Source of the DNA: Octopus vulgaris
Taxonomy: Eukaryota
Length of the DNA stretch: 64,000 nucleotides
Assembly: GCA_951406725.2 (NCBI GenBank)
Contig: OX597818.1
Location: 74,896,001-74,960,000 of the forward strand
Direction: 5' to 3'
Under the pieces are notes generated by a model that saw nothing but the letters and a program-made list of their open reading frames with translations, did not search any database and had not been told where the DNA came from. Shown one piece after another: positions 58,261-64,000 of the stretch. The position numbers and the translations under genes were made by a program. How positions within the stretch are numbered: the first letter of the stretch is position 1; every line of letters starts with the position of its first letter.

Positions 58261-58583
58261 AAATTTATTGGTTTTAAATGCTTTAGCATTTACATGATTT
58301 TGTGCTTGCACGAAGATACTAATTAAGAGTTTTGGTTCAAAATTTAGTCTTTGAATGTTGGAATGTGGTAAGATTCTCTACTACAAAGTTGGCAAGGTTT
58401 CTTGTTACCTTCGTAATGGTTGTATGAGTGTATTTTCCAATTGATGCTAAACGGAGTATATTTTGATTTTAATTGACATATAAGTTTGAACATTGACGCA
58501 TCGGTTATGCCGTTTGATTTGCGAAAAGTGTGTGTTGTGATTGTATCCTACCTTGAACTGGTTCGCTATAATTCCTATATATA

Positions 58584-58629
<46 letters not shown>

Positions 58630-58641
58630 TACATATATATA

Positions 58642-59548
58642 TTGGGCTGTCCGAAAAGTTTTTGCCGATTTATAGTAGCTTACCTTTCGACTTATTTTAG
58701 AACATGGTTGAGTCCATAAAATAAAATTGCCTACACCTCTATTTAGAGCACAGTTTAAGCCATCTTTTCGTGGAAGAAGGTTTATGTTCCTATAACCTGT
58801 GTTAATTCTGTAACCCTTTAAAATGGAAGATAAGAAACTTCATTTTCGGCGCTTGATGCTTTTCTTTTTCTGTAAAGGGAAAAAATGCCTCACAATATGT
58901 GCAGTTTTCGGTGATGCTTCTTTATCCGAAAGAATAGTACGGAAGTGATTCGCAGGGTTCCGAGGTGGAGATTGTAGCCTTATTGCTAAAGAGCGATCAT
59001 CCACTACACATGATGACTAAATCAAGTCATTAATTGAGAATAATCCACATTGCACAACCCGAGAATTGGCAGAAAGCCTCAACCTATCAAACTCCGTCGT
59101 TCATGAGTACCTGGTAAAGCTTGGGTACACAAATCGCTACGATGTTTGGGTACCACATGAGTTAAGTAAGAAGAACCTCTTGGATCGCATTTCCATCTGT
59201 GATTTGCTTTATAAACGGAATGAAAACGCCCCTTTTTTGAAGCAAATTGTGACAGGTGATGAGAAATGGGTTATCTACAGAAATGTTCAGTGAAGCGTTC
59301 CTGGAGTAACCGACATGATCCACCCTCAGCCACTCCTAAAGCAGGTCTTCACCCTAAATAAGTCTTGCTTTGTGTCTGATGGGATTAGAAAGGAATTCTG
59401 TACGATGGTATTTTCAAGTTAAAGAAAAGATGGAGACGCATCGTGCAACAAAATGGTTCATATTTGGTTGATTAAAAATGTAATGGCAAGTATTTATTGA
59501 CCTTTTACTTTCCTTTAAAAATCAACCCGAACTTTCCGGACAACCCAA
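58642..59548 (+). mobile_element. Internally deleted mariner (mellifera/cecropia-like) with TIRs and TA TSD
   Basis: TIRs TTGGGCTGTCCGAAAAGTT / AACTTTCCGGACAACCCAA. Translation includes MEDKKLHFRRLMLF..KGKNA, WVPHELSKKN, IVTGDEKW and LHPK*V.LCV*WD, then jumps at about 59403 to DGIFKLKKRW..IVQQNGSY. Confidence 0.9.
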
Positions 59549-59571
59549 TATATATATATATATATATACAC

Positions 59572-59639
<68 letters not shown>

Positions 59640-59640
<1 letters not shown>

Positions 59641-59866
59641 CTCCTTTACTCCTTTATTTGTTTCAGTCATTTGACTGTGGCCAGGAGTGCTAATAGCACC
59701 TACCTTTAGTCGAAAAAATCGACCACAGGTCTTATTCTTTGTAAGCCTAGTACATATTCTATCGGTCTCTTTTGCCGCTAAGTTACGGGGACGTAATCAC
59801 ACCAGCATCGGTTGTCAAGCGATGTTGGGGGCAACAAACACAGACACACAAACATATACACACGCA

Positions 59867-59932
<66 letters not shown>

Positions 59933-59972
59933 CCACTCATATAAGGGTTTGGTCGGCCCGAGGTTATAGTAT
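59640..59972 (-). mobile_element. SINE family A, 5'-truncated copy
   Basis: Homologous to 5800-6150. Confidence 0.85.
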
Positions 59973-60007
59973 AGCCACGCAGTTTTTCGGTTCGTGATGT
60001 ATGCCGG

Positions 60008-60144
<137 letters not shown>

Positions 60145-61119
60145 TTTTGTGACGTATTCGTCGTTACAGTGGCGCTATATACGATATTTTGGGAGTGATA
60201 TTTTCCATCTACAGAGCAGGATGAAAATGGAAGTAATTGCAATTGTTGTTACGTATGTCGTTTATGTTTTTTCTTGAATGCAATTTAGGTATTTATTACT
60301 GGATACAGCTTTTACAAAGTTCCTGATTGTAGTGTATGACAATTTTACGTTGTGTTTGTTTATTCAATTACAGTATTATGATTTTTGTCTCTGTATACTA
60401 ATGGAATTGCTTATAGAACAATGACCACATGGAGTGAAGCATGTAATGCAACACTATTTACGCCTAACCAAAACCTTTCGTGAACATATTAACAGCGCCA
60501 TGAAATTCCTGACTAATAGCCATCACCTCTTTTGTGATCCCCCAAATAAAAATGGAACACAATAGTACAGGACTCAAAAAAATGACACGAAAGCAATCTG
60601 TACATGGACACTGACGATTTCCAAAACAAAACATGGAACATCAAGCGTTTGTGATCATTGGCTTCACAAAAATAATAAATACCATTATCAATAGATTTAA
60701 ATTTAAATAATGCTAAGAATCTGAAATATGCGTAGGTTGCCAAGGAGTTGCATAACAAACCTTTGTCATATCACAAGGGCAGGTCATTGGCAGGGAAAAT
60801 CGATATCATCTATCTAATCTAGGAGAAATTTAAGAACGAATGTGATGTGCTACAACATGTAGCGAAACAACATGTCTTCTCACATTGAAATTTCTCTGAG
60901 ATAATGTTACAGCCCCTACCGTGTCATATTTGTATATACATTATAAATGTCATACTGGCATTTTATCCTAGTCAGTTTAAGAGCGTATGTTGATATGATT
61001 CTCATATGATTCTTCAAGTTCTCATTACTTATTTCTACATCGGAACAAGCATTGAAGAGACTAGGCCTGGTTGAAACACCGTGTGAGCCAATCCACCGAC
61101 GTTCTGAGCTAAGTATGTA

Positions 61120-62394
61120 CGAGGGGCGTTCAATAAGTAATGCCCCTGACCCACTTCCCATAGCAGTAGAGCAACGACACTTGGCACAGTTATTAGTCTT
61201 TTTCTACATAGGAACCACCCAGAGTAACGCATTTCTTCCGTTTGATGCAGCTCTGGAGACCGTTTTTGTAGAAGAACCCAGCTTGGTCCTCCAACCTCAA
61301 CGTGACTTCAGAAATCAAGGCTGCATCATCTGGGAAACGCTTTCCTTTCAAAAACAGCTTCATGATTGGGAAGAGGTGAAAATCAGAGGGTGCAAGGTCA
61401 GGAAAGTAGGGGGAATGAGGAGGAGTTCATAGCCATACGCCTGTGCTTCTGATCTGGCGACAAGCGAGTTGTGGACCGGAGCGTTGTCCTGCAGGAGGAG
61501 GATGCCTTTGCTGATCTTGCCCCGCCTCTTGATTTTGATAACTTCTCTTAATTTCCTCAAAAGTGAAGCATAATAGGCTCCTGCAATTGTGGTACCCTTT
61601 GCCAGGAAATCTGTCATCACTATTCCGTCCTGGTCCCAGAAGACTGTGAGCATGACCTTGCCAGCGGAGGGCTGCACCCTTGCCTTCTTTGGAAGGGGTG
61701 AGTCACGGTGCTTCCACTGCATTGACTGGGCTTTGGTCTCTGGATCATCGTGATGGACCCAGGTTTCATCCTGTGTAATCAGTCTTTTGAAAAATTTTGA
61801 CTCATCTTCTTGGCACATCTCCAAATTCACCCTCGAGCACTCGACGCGTTCTTGCTTCTGGAAAGGCGTGAGCAACCTGGGAATCCATCTGGTAGACACC
61901 TTTTGCATATGCAAATGGTCATGAATGATAGTTTCCACAGACCCGGTACTAATCTTGACCTCATGGGCTATTTGGCGAATAATTATGCGTCGATCTTCCA
62001 AAATGGCAGCCTCAACTTGACGGACAGATGCCTCATCAATGGCAGAAGGGGGCGACCAGATCTGGGAGCTGTTTCCACAGAGTTCCGACCATGTTTGAAT
62101 TCACGATGCCAGCGTTTTACAAGGTCATATGATGGGGCATCATTACCATCAGTTACTTTCATTTCATCAAAAGTCTCCCGTGGTGTGCGTCCTTTCAAAT
62201 ACAAAAACCGGATCACTGCTCGACACTCAACAGGCTCCATTTCACACTTGACTCGGTTCAAACACCTGTAAATCAGAAACCACAATTAATTTGCCACTTA
62301 CTCTATAGAGATATACCTAATTGCACATGCAAAATTTCAGCTAGATCAAACAACTGCAAGTGGGTCAGAGGCATTACTTATTGAACGTCCCTCG
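61120..62394 (-). mobile_element. Near-intact mariner (DD34D, irritans-like), 1275 bp, with TIRs and TA TSD
   Basis: TIRs CGAGGGGCGTTCAATAAGTAATGCCCCTGACCCACTT / AAGTGGGTCAGAGGCATTACTTATTGAACGTCCCTCG, flanked by TA (61118-19 and 62395-96). Confidence 0.95.
61193..62240 (-). pseudogene. Mariner transposase with two frameshifts (about 62050 and about 61420)
   Basis: MEPVECRAVIRFLYLKG...PRSGRP; WIPRLLT; ITQDETWVHH; AGKVMLTVFWD; LLQDNAPVH; P(P)YFPDLAPSDFHLF...GGSYVEKD*. Confidence 0.9.
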
Positions 62395-62654
62395 TATTTA
62401 ACACACAAGTCTCATTAATATGTATTTTTTCTGACACAATATGACAGCTAATACAGTTTCACATTTGTATGTACCAGAGTATTTTATGTCATGTTGTTTC
62501 ACGTGCACACACACACACACACACCACACACACGCACACGCATGAGCACACATATACATGTGTATGTACCAGGGTGTTTTATGTCATGTTGTTTCACTGT
62601 ACACACACACCACACACACGCACACGCATGTGCACACATATATTTGTATACTTT

Positions 62655-62869
62655 TGTTCTTTTATTCTTATACTTATTTCAGCCATTTTGACTGTGGCTA
62701 TCCAGGAACAGCGCCTTTTTGTTGAAGAATTCCACCCCTGGACTTATTTTTTGCAAGCCTGGTACTTAATCTATCGGTCTCTTTTGCCGAACCGCTAGCT
62801 TTCAGGGACGTAATCACACCAACATCTATAGTCAAACGATTGTGGGGGTACAAACACAGACACAAACAC

Positions 62870-62900
<31 letters not shown>

Positions 62901-63041
62901 CGACGGGCTTCTTTCAGTTTCCGTCTGCCAAATCCACTCACAAGACTTTGGTCGGCCCAAGGCTATAGTAGAAGACACTTTCCCAAAGTGCCACGAGGTG
63001 GGAACTGAACATGGAAGTATGTGGTTGGGCAGCAAGCTTCT
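62655..63041 (-). mobile_element. SINE family A copy with head interrupted at about 63041
   Basis: Homologous to 5800-6220. The sequence diverges from the family at GCAAGCTTCTT, just before the A-box. Confidence 0.85.
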
Positions 63042-64000
63042 TTATTTAATTAAATCGGCTATGAAAGTCGTACACAAATGGAGAAGCTGCGGGCTGGACA
63101 AAGACATTAATGAGTTGAGATGAATAATGAACAGGATGGTATTAATGAGAGAAGACAAAAGACACCCGCCGATCTTTGCTTCTCTAAAACATTGTTCTTA
63201 TCATTATTTCTTTTGCACTCAAGGTTCTTACAATGAGGCACTAAGCCTCTTACCTCAAATGACACCATGACCTTGAAATGAGGCACTTGGCCTCTTACAG
63301 ATTTCTTCTTATGGGCCATATGCCCTTTCAATACGAGGCACTCATCCTCTTACTTTAACAATTTCCCGCTCCACCGGCACCCCTTCCTTTACGAAGTGAC
63401 ACTCAGGCACTCTGATAGTGCCAAATCAGGGTACCTCGATCGGAAGCGGAATACGTCCACAGGGAAGGAGTCCATTTCAGGTTATGTCTCCTCCACTGGT
63501 AAGCTTTTAAAAAATGCTTTTGCATCGCCTCTCACTTTCTGAAGAGAACCAAATATTGCTCCTCCATTGGGTCGAGGCTACAACTTCCTCCGTCAGTGGC
63601 ACAAATTCCAACGACGGGGCTTCGGAACATGCCGGCAATGTATTAACCGCCGACACTGGCCCTTTTTTCTCCTTTTTGCTACAGGAGGGAATGGTTCCTC
63701 TGCTTTAACCGGAGGATCTTCCCTCGCTACAGCAGTCTCGGGGTCCTTTGGTGGGCAACCATTGTTGCTCACCTTCCTTTTTTTCCCCTTTATTTTTTTT
63801 GGGGGGGCGGGGCTGTTCACTACCTCCGTCTCTCCCTCCGAAGGAAGAGATGGGGTTTCTTCCATCACTAACTGTTCCAGGACCTTACCTTGGTCATCGG
63901 GAAGTTCTTTTTAATATGGCCTGGTTCCAGACACAGGTTTCACTTGGGGGGGGGGCGTCCCTCAAGTATCACCGGATACCTAGAACCGGCCATTTTCAAG
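63042..64000 (-). mobile_element. Tx1/L1-like ORF1 C-terminal pseudogene (CCHC knuckle) plus short 3' region; continues beyond the window
   Basis: Minus strand LKMAGSRYPVILEGRPPP..K*NLCLEPGHIKKNFP matches the Tx1 ORF1 V..EGRP..C..C...GH....CP motif. It is followed by a Pro/Lys-rich tail (ORF 63593-63868) and AATAAA near 63040. Confidence 0.7.

Noticed and set aside
61052-62271. Plus-strand ORFs of 126 and 153 aa
   Set aside because: They are antisense shadows of the mariner transposase.
63232-63353. CRISPR array
   Set aside because: There are only three imperfect repeats with unequal spacers, no cas genes, and they lie inside a retroelement. Kept as a structural observation only.

Overview
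AT-rich, microsatellite-saturated eukaryotic non-coding DNA. The SINE families and repeat landscape look like an Octopus-type (coleoid cephalopod) genome, which is an inference from recognition and not a database result. I found no intact host gene, rRNA gene, true tRNA gene or CRISPR array, and most ORFs in the track are translations of (TA)n/(CA)n/(TAA)n/(ATAG)n repeats. The window is a dense graveyard of mobile elements: three Helitron pieces (helicase plus 3' end, RepHel 5' end, and a complete non-autonomous copy), about seven Tc1/mariner relics (including a near-intact 1275-bp mariner and DD37D maT-like copies), RTE, R4/Dong and Tx1-like LINE fragments, Penelope-like GIY-YIG relics, and at least three tRNA-derived SINE families, several with target-site duplications (TSDs). 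The most interesting unexplained layer is a recurrent set of short non-coding elements next to TA microsatellites. They form fold-back or tandem repeats and carry minimal hammerhead-ribozyme-like cores, consistent with non-autonomous Penelope-derived or retrozyme-like elements. Also notable are a chimeric Tx1/R4 locus with a near-perfect local inverted duplication and an apparently ORF1-only Tx1-like element. All family calls come from manual translation and motif recognition. Boundaries are approximate unless TIRs or TSDs are quoted.
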